Both the position numbers and the translations under genes were made by a program. A DNA stretch of 64,000 bases from Camelus ferus. Its lineage: Eukaryota. Positions 1 through 12,295 of this stretch are shown piece after piece; the first letter of the stretch is position 1, and each line of letters starts with the position of its first letter. Under the pieces are notes generated by a model. That model was not told where the DNA came from and searched no databases. It saw nothing but the letters and a program-made list of their open reading frames with translations. The stretch lies in assembly GCF_009834535.1 (NCBI RefSeq), contig NC_045696.1, positions 90,708,001 through 90,772,000 of the forward strand. The letters run 5' to 3'.

Positions 1-1437
1 TGATACTGTTCAATGTTGTTTGTTTGAGGAGTCAGAGCTGAATATAAAGTAACTGAAGAAGAGTCGCTGTGAAGTCTATGTAGAACATGAGAATATTTTC
101 AAGAAAACTGAGAAAACACTAATTTGGTACAACCTGATGTGGAATCTGCTAAGATATATTACATATGATGGTGGCTAAAAATATGTACAGAACCAAAAGA
201 GGCTTAGTTGGACAAATTTACAAAGCCTCTGAAAATGTAAGCCTATGTAAAAATTTAAAGCCTATGGTTTATTCATTGTATTATTCACCAGCAAATACTT
301 TGTAAAAATATACGAATATATCATGTGTTGTTGAATCAGTAGGGTCAACAGTTAACCTGATTTACTCTTGTGGACTTCGTCAGTTTTGTACATTTTTAAT
401 TCATAAATTAAACAAAAATTAAAAGAAATAGAAGCTCTAATTGCTCTAATACACGGCAATCTGATGTCTTAACAATGGTAACATTTTATTGCGATTTTTT
501 ATAAGCAGGGTCAAGACTGAAATTTTTCTAAATGAAAAGAACTGTCCTCAACCACTTTTAGTGAACACTGAATAGCTTTAGAAATTAACTTTAGGTGTAG
601 ACTTACTAACATTTCCTAATGAATTCAACCAAAAATAACAAGGCAACAAACACAATGCTTACATGCAAAACTGATAATGCACCAAAGTTATTTCAATAAC
701 TGACATTATATGAGTCACAAATTAATATCAAGCTGCTTTTTTTTTTAATACACTTTCCATTCTGTCAAAAGTTAAAACAAAAGCAACATCTCCATTCTCA
801 TACACCTTTCAAGAAGTGTATTTTCCAAGGTCAAACTACAGTTTCATTAGTAATTTTCCAACCTCGATGTAAGTACAAAGAAAACTGCCATATTTCCAAA
901 TCCATTTAACGGTTCAGTTGAAGAGCCTTCCACTCCAAATGGAAGTGGCTAATCTGAAATGTAATAACTAAAAGACAAACATCAAGAAATGAGTATAATA
1001 GAATTTTATAAATGTATTCCAAGCAATCACAATGTTCAATTAAAATCATGCATTTGTGGATTATGATCACTATTCGGCAGTACCTACCTGTGTGGGAAAA
1101 AAAATACTTTCAAAGGTAAACTATTTAAAATCTCATTACAAATCAGGATTAAGAGATGAACATTTATAATCAATTTTGATGACAGAAAACACTAACTTTG
1201 AATCTCAATTAAGTGAAATGCTACCCCCCTGAAAAAATCCATTCTTCTCTTTCATACACTTGTATTACAAAAAAATTCAGCTAAATAATTACATTTCACA
1301 TTTTCTTAAAAAATTGTAGATTTTTATTTCCTTTCTTGTTATATAAAGTTACATAATATCCCCCAATTTTGCCTCCTAACCACAAAGCATAAAATTTTTA
1401 CTATCTAGACTCACAGGAAAAGTTTATGATTCCTGAT
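1..1437 (+). mobile_element. Decayed hAT-Charlie DNA transposon (Cheshire-like): 3' part of transposase plus right end
   Basis: Degenerate hAT transposase motifs: SCVVESVGSTVNLIYSCGL (~320-375), HTAI*CLNNGNILLRF (~450-500) and the dimerisation-domain motif LFGSTYLC (~1070-1093). Ends in a MER58-type terminus (aaagcataaaattttttactatctagactcacaggaaaagtttatgattcctg). Confidence 0.7.
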
Positions 1438-2402
1438 CTAAATCACTTAAATTCCACCTGTATTCAAGCTATCAATCCATATGAGGTTATTAGACTTTGG
1501 AAAACTTAGAGGTAGGTAGACAAAGGTGAACAGAGATTTGCTGTTTTCTTATTATTTTGATCATTTTGTGACAATTATTAACAATATTGACAGTATCTCA
1601 GAACCCAAATTGCAAATGACAGATAATAATTACGAAAGGAAAATGCAACAAAATACAGAGAGCTAAATTTAAAGTTGAAAACTTAGTCAACTTCTCCCTC
1701 CTGATTTTATTCTACCTTACATATCAAAAACGGTAAGAATTTTCTTAATTTTACATAAAAAAAATTGGTTGAACAAACTAAAGATTACCAAAAAAAATAA
1801 ATAAATAAAATAAAAGCAAAAGAAATAACTGTAAGATCACACTAAAAGATAGAAATTTTGTCTACCATGGCAACAATTCAACACTATAAAATGAGTTTCA
1901 CAAAGGAGGAGTAACATGATAAAAGATAAATGTTAATTATTCCATCTAAAAACTAACCTCAGCATAATCCGGTACATTCTGGAGAAAAATGGCTTTTTCT
2001 TCAGTAGTTAAAGATAATTTAGCGTAACGCTGAATAATGTATAGGCATTGAATTTTTATAAAGCAGGACTACATGAATTACAAAAACATTCTCAGCAATT
2101 AAGCTATCCTCCAAATTCATAACTCAAAACATTAAGAGAGAGTATTTAAATCTCATGCATTATAGGGATATTTGTCTACTGTAGAGTAAGCATACAGAAT
2201 TCTTAAAAGATGCAAAGAGCATAAAAAAGTTTAAGGATTCAAACTGGGTAACACTGGAAAAGCATTCTAAATGTTTCGAAATTTAAGTTACTTCATTGGT
2301 TCACAACTATGCCTATGTTAAAATTTCTAACAATTAAATCCGCATCATGTTATCACTGTGAAATCAACAACAATATACTTTTCACAAGGTGATATGGAAA
2401 TA

Positions 2403-2538
2403 AAGTGACCAACCATATATCCTCTTTCTGCCTGGGAAAGTTCTGGTTTATTTATGACACTCTGGCAGAACTATTAACAGCACCTCCCTTCATTTTTAAA
2501 GCATCAAAGTCAGGACAACATATTAAATGGTCACCTTA
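2403..2538 (-). mobile_element. MER94/MER81-like hAT-Blackjack MITE
   Basis: About 135 bp bounded by inverted termini gtgacca...tggtcacc, with internal cctgggaaagttctggttt and attaacagcacctccct resembling the recalled MER94 consensus. Confidence 0.6.
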
Positions 2539-3137
2539 TATATGAAGGGAGGTCAAATTTAAACATATCATAAAAGTATATAATACACCAAGCATACATG
2601 GACCAGCCCAACTACCATGTAAAAGAGTGTAAAAGAGAGAGAGACAGGGAGAGACTGAGGTTGGTGGGGAAGAGAGGATGGAATTTGGGATAAGATACAA
2701 TGAAAAGATGGAATATTAAGAAATGGCCCTGCTTTCTTCTCAAATGATTCCAATTTCCCTTCAAGACTATTATCTTTTAACTCAAAGACAGTAGGCGTTG
2801 GATAATGCTTGTTTAGTTTGGTGATACTTAATACAAATTAATCATATCCTTAAAACACTGGCATTTTTATAAAGGTTCTCAACAGATCATATCAATATGA
2901 CATATGTTATGAACACCTGGAGTTCCCACTTTATGTAATAGGCCTTAGTGCCAATGTTGGAAAGCCAATAGTATAAAATGTGGAATAATTTATTCTTAAG
3001 TTCCATCCTTTATTAAAAGATTTGTACAGCAGGACAAAATGTAACTGTAAAGAAAATTGAAAATAGACTTACCGAACTTTAAATTTTGAAGCTATTAAGT
3101 AGTAATTTAAAGATATTTAACTTAAAACTCCACAAGA

Positions 3138-3140
<3 letters not shown>

Positions 3141-3185
<45 letters not shown>
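3141..3185. repeat. (TG)22 microsatellite
   Basis: Perfect TG dinucleotide run. Confidence 0.98.
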
Positions 3186-3188
<3 letters not shown>

Positions 3189-3544
3189 GATGAAGACCTT
3201 TTTGGATGGAAAATGAGTGAAACCTAGATGGGGGTGGTTTACGTTAACTAGTACTACATTTATACTAAATGAAACATGCAAGTTTTAAGTATATGAACTG
3301 TCTAATAATAAAAACTATGTGAACAAGTAAAACAAGGCTCCAGGTTAATAAATTATATATAAAAAATGCACTAAAGTTACCATATTTATTTAAGATGATT
3401 AAAGAATATAAACAGAAGCATTACAACTTTGTGGATTTAAAAAAAAAAACACCTCACAGTGCCTTCTTACTAATATAACAGGGTAAAAAAACACAAAAAT
3501 GTGTACTTTTTTTTTTTTAACTCTGAGTTCTCAAAAGCTAGTAC

Positions 3545-3830
3545 TCATGGTTATGTAAGAGAATGTCTTTGTTCTTAGAATGTGTGCACTAAAATATGGG
3601 GGAAAGTGTTTCCAATATACTCTCCTTTGGTTCAGAAAAATATACATTTATAAATATGTGTGTGGAGAGAGGGGGAAAGCAGAAGGAGAGAAGAAAAGCT
3701 GATAAAACAAATAGGGGCAAACAGTAAACAATTGGTGCATCTGGATAAAAGGTAATTGGGAGTTTCTTGTACTATTCTTGAAACTTCTCTACAAGTTTGA
3801 AGTTATATCAAAATAATTATCAAGAAAAAA
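3545..3830 (+). mobile_element. Ancient L1 (L1ME/L1MC-type) 3' end fragment
   Basis: Typical 3'UTR motifs gttatgtaagagaatgtc, ggtgcatctggataaaagg and cttgtactattcttgaaacttctctacaagtttgaagttat. Confidence 0.6.
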
Positions 3831-6019
3831 AGCTAATTCTATTAAATTTAGCCAAAAGTTTCTGTTTTTACTAACCACAATATTCTGTTTGCAAGTAATT
3901 TTCTAATCCTTAAAAGCCAATAAATGCTCCTCTTTCACTCAATTAGTACCATACTTATATTAATCAAATTTAATTCTGATAAAAACAATAGTAGTCAAAC
4001 AAATTTTTGAAAAATATAAGATTAAAAACTTCTACACAAAGAATAAACTCCAAGAGAAAAGATGCAAATAAAATGACTATCATAATCTTTTGTTTTTTAT
4101 TTGCAAGTATAAAACTGAAGAAAAACAAAAGCCTGGAACATGGCATCTGTCATATCAGAATATAAAAAGATGATCCTGGCACAAAATGAAAAAGCTCTAA
4201 TTCATTTGCAAATCAAGCCTGCTGGTTCCATTTCAAGCTGGCGGTAACTGTCAAGAGTTAACAAGATAATCACTTTCAATCCTGCCTTCAATGGTACATT
4301 ACACTGTTATTCCATTCAATAAGGCCGTTCTTTGGGGCACTAGATGAATGGTTTTCATTTCTAACTCACACAAAAAGTTGTGCAGGGAAAAATCCACGGG
4401 GCTTAAGAAAGAAATCCCTTTATGGGCATTTATCTGCTGTACTTGCTTTTAGGCAAAATGAGATATTTTGAAACATCAGTGTCCATTCACTTCCTCTATT
4501 CCTTTAGGCCCTTAATCCGCTAAAAAAAAATGGCATATGAGAAAAGTGCAAAACCAGTTTCATTTTCTAAATTATCAATGCACACTAAACAAAAAATCTC
4601 CATTAAAATGACTCTAGGCAAATATAACGCTATTCTACACAAAAGACTAATATTGACCAATCTTCTTCCTATCTCCTGGTTACTCATATTACTTAGATTG
4701 CTCACCTATATTTCGGATGAAATGCAGGTGCTTAAAATTTCACATTTCCTCCTATTTTACTTATAGTTACATGCGTGCCTAAAAAGGATAATTAAAAACA
4801 AAAACAAAAGCAAACTCTCCAGATCATTCCTAGTTCAATGAAAATCAGTTTTAGGTAAGTGTATCCTTAGAATGTATTTATCAAAAGGCATTATGAAATT
4901 TTTTACTATTTCACAGTTTAACTTATTTACAACCAAATGTAGTAAAAGTACCTGTATGTTTTTGCTAAAATATGGAAACTGCATGAAAAATATATTCTGC
5001 TTTCAATTAAAGGAAAATACTAAGTACAAGGACTTAAGTGTACCTAGTACTAACAGACAAGTAGGTCATCTTCAAACTATAGTCTATGAAAGTAAAAGGA
5101 CATTAAAATCTCTTCCCTGGCTGCTTATGTTACCTTATATCTATCAACTTTATTCAATGTCAAAGTGTAAATTTATTAAGAACCATCTGTATACGAATTA
5201 CAACTTATTATTCAGGTCTATTTAGCAAGAGCAACAATTAATCCTTCCCCACCCACCCCCTCAACTCAGAAAATATTACTGCTATTTATTTCTCTGTAAA
5301 TCACAATCTCTAGCCAAGACTTTTAATCTTTTTATAATCCCTAATTATCCGGGGTAAAGTTGAATTTTTAAAACTCACATATTTATAAATGTTTAAAGTC
5401 CTAAAATTATTACTTAAAAAAATTCATTTATATTGTATCTAAAGGCTTTAAGAAGTTAGAACATTCATGTTCATTACTGCAAAGACTACACACTTAAATT
5501 TTAAAATTCAGATGACTTCATGAATTCATACAACACATGAGGATAATCCTTTTATACCAAGGGAGAGGTCTAACTAGGCACATTTCTGCAGCAACATAAG
5601 TTCATCAGTTCTTCCAAGCTCTGGTCAAACCAGTTACTTCACCTCAAAAAGGAGAAAACTATTCCTAATCTTAAAATAAGTAAGAAAAAATAAAAAATCG
5701 ATGGGAAAGTAATTCAGAAAGTATTACATTATCAGATAGACTTGGTCATTAATACTTAAGTTTTAAAATAGTATCTAAACTAAAATTTGTCATTATAAAA
5801 AAAATCATGAATCTATGTAATTTGCAAGTCCTTAATAAAATTTAAGCTATATAAGAAAACTAGTACATTTAAGCCATAAATGGCTTGTGTTGAATCCACC
5901 ATATAAAGAAAACACTTACATGGTATTTAAAGTGACTATAATATTGAGCAAATTTTATTATTCCAAGTTTTAAAACCTTGGTAACAAGACATTAAATACA
6001 CCAAGTCAATAGTAAGTAC

Positions 6020-6535
6020 TGTGGTGTACTCTATAAATTCATGACTGAAATGCATGATTACAATGTGTAATTTAAAACCAACTGGTGACAACACTAGAAA
6101 TTCCTAAAGAACTCTGCAAACATGAGGCTATCTGCAGAACTCAACTCTTCTTACAGCCTACCATCATAACTCAGTCTCCATACAGAGTGAGGACACTAGG
6201 GTCACCCTATCATTGGGTTACCCTATCCTTTTGCTGGGTTCCAGGATCACAGTTAACTCAGGAGGTAGAAATGTTTGATCTTTCAGCTTCAAGCCACCCT
6301 GATGCAGTTCCTTCCTTCATTAGATCCCTGGGGTTAGCTCTAAGCAAACACAGCAGCAAAGACAGCAGAGGAGTATGAGGCATCTCCTACACATCAACCA
6401 CTGGAATGATGATGAAGAGTGAGGAACACCACAAGTCTAGCACAAAAGTCTTACAGAGAGTCAAACACAGGTTCACACAAGCAACCTGGTATCCTGAATT
6501 ATGTATGCAGTGACTCTTTACACAGACACCTAACA
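6020..6535. mobile_element. Possible ancient solo LTR, family unassigned
   Basis: GC-richer block of about 515 bp starting TG (tgtggtgtac) and ending CA (cctaaca) in AT-rich surroundings. No TSD recognised. Confidence 0.3.
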
Positions 6536-7914
6536 ATAAAACCTTCTGTTTACATAAAGTTTTTTAAATTAAAGTAATAGCTATTTGCAAAGAGAACCTT
6601 TGCTTTTTGAAATATGATAGCCAGACTCCTACAATCTAATCTCTAATAAGGAACATCTATTCCAGAAAACATGTTTCTAACACATGTACACTTTATTTTA
6701 CCTATCTCAAATGAATAAAAATGGATAAAACACTCAAATTATAGTTACCATACAATTTTTTTATGTTGGCAAAAGTATCTATTTGAATTTCTGAATAACT
6801 GGCAATGAACTGACATTCCAAAATAATTCCCTTTTAATTCCTTTAGTTAAAAGTTCTTCATAAATTGCCTTAAGAGTCAAGAAATGTGTTCTTATTTTGT
6901 TATTCTTGTTCTGACATCTTCAAAGTATCAAAAGAAATAAATGAGGTACTTCACAAAGGTAACTCCTCAAAAGTAAGTAAAACAGGAAATCTCTTTACTG
7001 AAAATATTCAAAAACATGTAGTTGGGGGGAATAAACTTCATTATCAAATGAATAATATAGAGAGGAAACAGTATGTAGAAATGAGATATTTAAAATGCTT
7101 CAAATTTTGAGGATACTATAAATCTTCATTCAAGATGATTCTCGCTTATCGTGAATGATAAACTAATATTAACTTATTATTTATCACAATTATAATAAGA
7201 TAAACTGACAAAATAATTTTCTAAATATCATTTAGGAACATGTACTCTTAGCCCTATCAATCTACTCCTAGAAATCTTAAGGAAATAAACAGAAATATAA
7301 AATAATTTTGTACAAAGTTTTATACCATGATGTTGCTGAAATAATGGGATCCCGGTTAAGTCAGAGGTAAAGACTCTGCTAAAGACCAAACACTGAGGAC
7401 TAGAGTAAAGGGAAATACTGCCTGTTCATTTGATGAAATGATACGTTCTATAGTCGTTAAAAGTATCATTTTAGAAAGATGTTCATAACATATTCTTTAA
7501 AAAAATACATTAAAAATATATATAGTACAAGGTCAATTTTATAAAAACACAAACACTGAGAAAAAACCCATGACATTACTAAAATGTAAACAAGTGTATT
7601 CTGTGAGAGGTATTATGGTAACTTTTATTGCCTTTTTCTCCTCTGCTCAATAATTCTGATATTATTTTATAATGAACATATATTACTTTCATATTCAGGA
7701 AAAACACTGATGGAAAAAAACTTCTACTTTGAAAGAGTGAAATCTCTGCAATCAAAACAAACAAACAAAAAAAGACTAACCAGAAAAATTAATTCCCCAA
7801 TATCCCAGATAGCAAAACTTTTACTATAATTGTTCTAAATTTATATACACTCACATCAGCACAGAAATCTATACATAAAAACTACTGAAACATTTAGCAA
7901 ATAAATGTCAATTA

Positions 7915-8025
7915 TCTTTGGGAGGTGATTATGATTAGATGAGGCCATGTGGGTAGATGCTCTATGATTGAATTATTGCCCTCACAAGGTGAGATAGAGA
8001 CCAGAGCCCTCCATCCTCATCTCTT
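7915..8025 (+). mobile_element. MLT1A-like MaLR LTR fragment
   Basis: ctttgggaggtgattatgattagatgaggccatg...gagaccagagc is homologous to the middle of the LTR at 8818-9199. Confidence 0.55.
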
Positions 8026-8817
8026 GGGCATGGAAAAGTAAAATAATTTTCAACCAAAATTTGATCCCATCATTTCCAAAACTACTGACTCATTACTCTG
8101 AATAAAAGATGGACAGTTCAGAGAGTAAATGTTTAATTTTTAAAAAAGGGAAAATCTACTGTGATTAATAAAATTTTCTTTGAAGAATTCCATACATTTA
8201 AAAATTATCAGCAATAAATACAGAAATTAACACTTTAGTATAAAAATTCTCTCAAATTGCAGTATCTTTACTTTAAAGGTTTTATTATAATGCAATTTTA
8301 AGATTAAATTTAAGGGTACTTCTAATAATAGTGAAGAAATGAATGGTGAATCAAAACTTTCAACAGAAAAAAATTGTAAAAACTGAACAATATAATATAA
8401 AATCTATTCAAAGACACTGGACAACATCCAAAAAGGCATCAAGGATAGTTTAACCTAAAAAGTTTCACTTGAAAATGAAAAGAACCACCACTTTGTGGTT
8501 TTCTGGTTGTAAGGACAGTCCTGTCCATCACAGCTGCGGCTACAGAAACTCAATGGCAGAAAACCACCACCTTGTTAGTGCAAGGTGCCAGAATCAGAGT
8601 TCAGGGCTGAAAGAGCACAAAAAATTTAAAGGGGGGAAATGCTGGCATAAAGAGAACCAAAGAATGCTCTGAAAAAAAATGTTGCCAAATCCTTGGCTGA
8701 CAGCTAAACTATACATACTTGGGGAAATTTTCAGGGAATCTAGCAAAACATTACACAGAGACTAGAGACAAATATATTTGATACTTTCTGTAATTGAATG
8801 CATTCCCCCTACATTTG

Positions 8818-9199
8818 TGCTATGGACTGAGTATAGCCCTCCTCAAAACTCATATATTGAAGCCCTATTCTCCAATATGATTGTAACTGGAGGTTGGGTC
8901 TTTGGAAGGTTAATTAGGTTTAGAAGAGGTCATGAGGATAGATCCTCCATGACAGAATTACTGCCTTTTTAAGGTGAGAAAGAGACCAAAACCATCCCTC
9001 TCTTGACCATGTGAGCATACAGGAAGAAGGCAGCCATCTGCAAGGGCCCAAGAAGAGGGTCCTCACCCACCAGACATCGACCATGCTGTCACTTTGAACT
9101 CATACTTCCCAGTCTCCAAAACTCTGAGAAATAAATATTTGTTGTTTAAGTCCCTCAGTCTGTGGTATTTTGTCATAGCAGCCAGAACCAATTAAGACA
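8818..9199 (+). mobile_element. MLT1A-type MaLR solo LTR
   Basis: Begins tgctatggactga and ends taagaca. Contains aggaagaaggcagccatctgcaag, an AATAAA (gagaaataaatatttgttgtttaag) and cagtctgtggtattttgtcatagcagcc. Confidence 0.85.
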
Positions 9200-9420
9200 T
9201 GGAACATCTCTGGTGGCAGAAAACTGAAGCAGAATGTAGTTGAAGTATCTAAGTATAGTATAAACTTGGTAGAATAGCTGAAAAATTAGGGAATTATCCA
9301 CATAAGAAAAGCAGACAAAGTGAGCTCTAGCTCAACCTAAATACTTGGCTGACAATCAAGGAACAGAACAGAAACAGAACAGAGCACCCTAAAGAGCCAT
9401 ATTAAAACAGCAGCAGTGGG

Positions 9421-11965
9421 GGAGAGAGAAGCAAGATGGAGGAGTAGAAGGATGCTTGTAGCTCACACTCTCCCACAAATACACCAAAACTCACATCTAC
9501 GGACCCACTCAGCCAACCAGAGCACCTGCTGAACTCCAACAGAACATCGCCCTCTTCAAAAGACAAAGACACCAAAAATCTGGTAGGAGAAAAGGAAAAA
9601 AGAAAGAAAAAAAACAAAACAGTGTGGGACCAGTCCCACGGGGAGGGAGCAGCAAAGGAGGAATGGCGCTTATTCGCTGGGTCTCCCCCTCTCCAACGGA
9701 GAGGCCAATGGGACGAAGGGGGAGCCTCTGAGGCTCAGATCTGCCCTGAGCACCCCTTGACCGACAGAACTAAGCTAAACGGACATAAAGGGTCCCCGCG
9801 ACACCCAGCCTGAGACGCAAGCTGGCAGCTGGGGCTGGGACAGGCTGCCCAAGCCGGGTGGAGGACGGGGGCGGCTGCACTGTGGCAGCCCTGGGGGCCA
9901 GCAGGGTGCTGCGCTCTGTGGCTGGGAGGTGATACGGAGCAGAACAACCTCGGTCCCCCATAAATTGCGAAAAAAGCAAAGCAACAAGGCTGGTGTGCCC
10001 TGGGGGGTGGGGCACCATAGTCTTTGTCTCCTCAGACCTACGGTGCCATTACTGGTGCTTCTCACGAGAAGAGAGGTGGGGCGCAGCCACAGCCACCATT
10101 TCCTCCTGTGTGCAGCGCCCAGGCAGGGGTGGGGCCAAGACCTGAATCTGCACCCAGGGGCTCTGCAACATCCCAGGCAGGACTGAGACTTGTTTACAGC
10201 CCGAGGCAGATAGGATCTTTCTGCCCTGGCACCTCAGAGAACTAATGCAGCCAAGATGAACAAGGAGCTGAGATTTGGCACATAGCAGGGGCAGGCTGTT
10301 CCGCGGTCTTCCCCGAGCCTGCCTATGGAGCGCCGACCCAAGGTGGAGCAGGAAGTTGCACAGAGCAGTGGAGCAACCAGGGCCAGGAGAGGGCAGGTGG
10401 CCACCCGCCTTCCTGGCAGAAACGCAGCACCTGACAGCAGTGCTGGGAGGGGGCACGATCCACTCACCTGCCTCACCCAAGCACAGCATCTGACTGCCCA
10501 TCAGGAGGGGGAGTGACCCACCCACCCACCGGCCACAGTGCCAGAGAGATATGAGCAATATGAAGAAGCAGAGGAACCACTCCCAATTAAAAGATCAAGA
10601 GAAATCCCCTGAAAGCACGATCAAGGAAATAGACATTGATGGCCTACTAGATCAAGATTTCAAAAAAGGAGTGATCGAACTAGTGAAGGAACTAAAAGAA
10701 ATAGTGTTTAGAGATATAAAATATGTCAAAAACGAAATACAAGCTAGAAAGAAGAATCAAGTAGAATTAGTAAACTCATTTGCTGAGATGAGAGCTGACC
10801 TAAAGGCTATGCAAAGCAGACTAGATAATGCAGAGGAACGAATAAGTGACCTAGAAGACAAGACAACAGAAAGCACCCAATCACAACAGCTGAGAGAAAA
10901 ACAAATAAAAAACAATGAAAACAATATAAGGGACCTATGGGATAATATAAAGCATGCCAATCTACGCATAATAGGAGTTCCAGAAGGGGAAGGAAGAACA
11001 AAGAGGACTGAAAAGGTCTTTGAAGAAATCATGACTGAAAACTTCCCAAACCTAAAGAAAGAATCAAGATATCCAAGTGCAGGGGGCTCAGAGGGTCCCA
11101 AACATGAAGAACCCAAACAGACCCACACCAAGACATATCATAATCAAGATGACCAGAGTCAAGGATAAAGAAATGATCCTAAAGGCAGCAAGAGAAAAAC
11201 AGAGAGTGAGTTACAAGGGAACCCCCATAAGGCTCTCAGCTGATTTCTCTACACAAACACTACAGGCCAGAAGGGAGTGGCAAGATATATTCAAAGTCCT
11301 GAATGAAAAAAAGATGCAATCTGGGATACGCTATGAAGCAAGGCTATCCTTTAGAATACAAGGAGAGATAAAGAACTTCACAGACAAGCAAAAACGAAAA
11401 GAGTTTAGCTACACTAAACCCAAGCCAAAAGAAATATTGACAGGTCTACTCTAAATAGAAAAGAAGCAGGATGCTACAAAAATGAGAAACTTATAACTCG
11501 AAAGGTGATAGCTACCATGAATTACAAATAGAATAAACACAAAATTGTAAAAGAAGACATCTAAATCATTAAGAGTGGGAGAGGGAAGCAAGGAAGCCCA
11601 CTGTGGAAAACAGTATGGAGATTTCTCAAAAGACTAGGAATAGACTTACCATATGACCCAGGAATCCCGCTCCTGGGCATATATCCAGAAGGAACCCGAC
11701 TTCAAAAAGACACCTGCACCCCAATGTTCATAGCAGCACTATTTACAATGGCCAAGACATGAAACAGCCTAGATGTCCATCAACAGATGACTGGATGAAG
11801 AAGATGTGGTATATTTATACAATGGAATACTATTCAGCCACAAAAACCAACAACATAACGCCATTTGCAGCAACATGGATGTTCCTGGAGAATGTCATTC
11901 TAAGTGAAGTAAGCCAGAAAGAGAAAGAAAAATACCATATGAGATTACTCATATGTGGAATCTGA

Positions 11966-11999
<34 letters not shown>

Positions 12000-12295
12000 A
12001 ACATAAATACAAAACAGAAACAGACTCACAGACATAGAATACAAACTTGTAGTTGCCAAGGGTGCGGGGGGGGGAGGGGAGAGACTGGGATTTTAAAATG
12101 TAGGATAGATAAACAAGACTATACTGTATAGCACAGGGAGATATATATAAGATCTTGTGGTAGCCCACAGCCAAAAAAAAAAAAAAAGTGACAATGAATA
12201 TATGTATGTTCATGTATAACTGAAAAATTGTGCTCTACACTGGAATTTGACACAACATTGTAAAACGACTATTACTCAATTAAAAAATGTTTTAA
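9421..12295 (+). mobile_element. L1-derived ORF1-only element (HAL1/'half-L1'-like or internally deleted L1) with TSD
   Basis: 5'UTR homologous to the one starting at 33271. ORF1 at 10551-11454, inter-ORF spacer to ~11595, then a direct jump to the last ~120 codons of ORF2, 3'UTR and A-tail. Imperfect TSD AAAACAGCAGCAGTGGG (9404-9420) / AAAAAAGCAGCAATGGG (12296-12312). Confidence 0.9.
10551..11454 (+). pseudogene. ORF1: L1 ORF1p (RNA-binding chaperone: coiled coil, RRM, CTD) with a +1 frameshift near 11066
   Basis: ORFs 10551-11168 and 11077-11454 together align end to end with the 300-aa ORF1 at 34945 (NLRIIGVPEGE, RPTPRHIIIKM, YKGTPIRLSADFS). The frameshift is gaatcaAgatatcc versus gaatcagatatcc. 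Confidence 0.92.

Noticed and set aside
4530..7764. Several 60-117 aa ORFs in AT-rich unique DNA
   Set aside because: Composition reflects AT-rich background, with no domains and no consistent splice structure.
9622..10558. Cluster of overlapping 60-170 aa ORFs on both strands (also 33609-34530)
   Set aside because: They lie in GC-rich L1 5'UTRs where stop codons are rare, many use non-ATG starts, and none has a recognisable domain.
11585..11605. Canonical splicing as the cause of the ORF2 loss
   Set aside because: The equivalent left boundary in the full L1 (gggaa|atatag, ~35986) has no GT donor and the junction has an extra C. Deletion or template switching fits better, although the parent subfamily sequence is not visible.
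11830..12213. ORF with a poly-Cys run
   Set aside because: Antisense reading of a (CAA)n tract in the L1 3'UTR.
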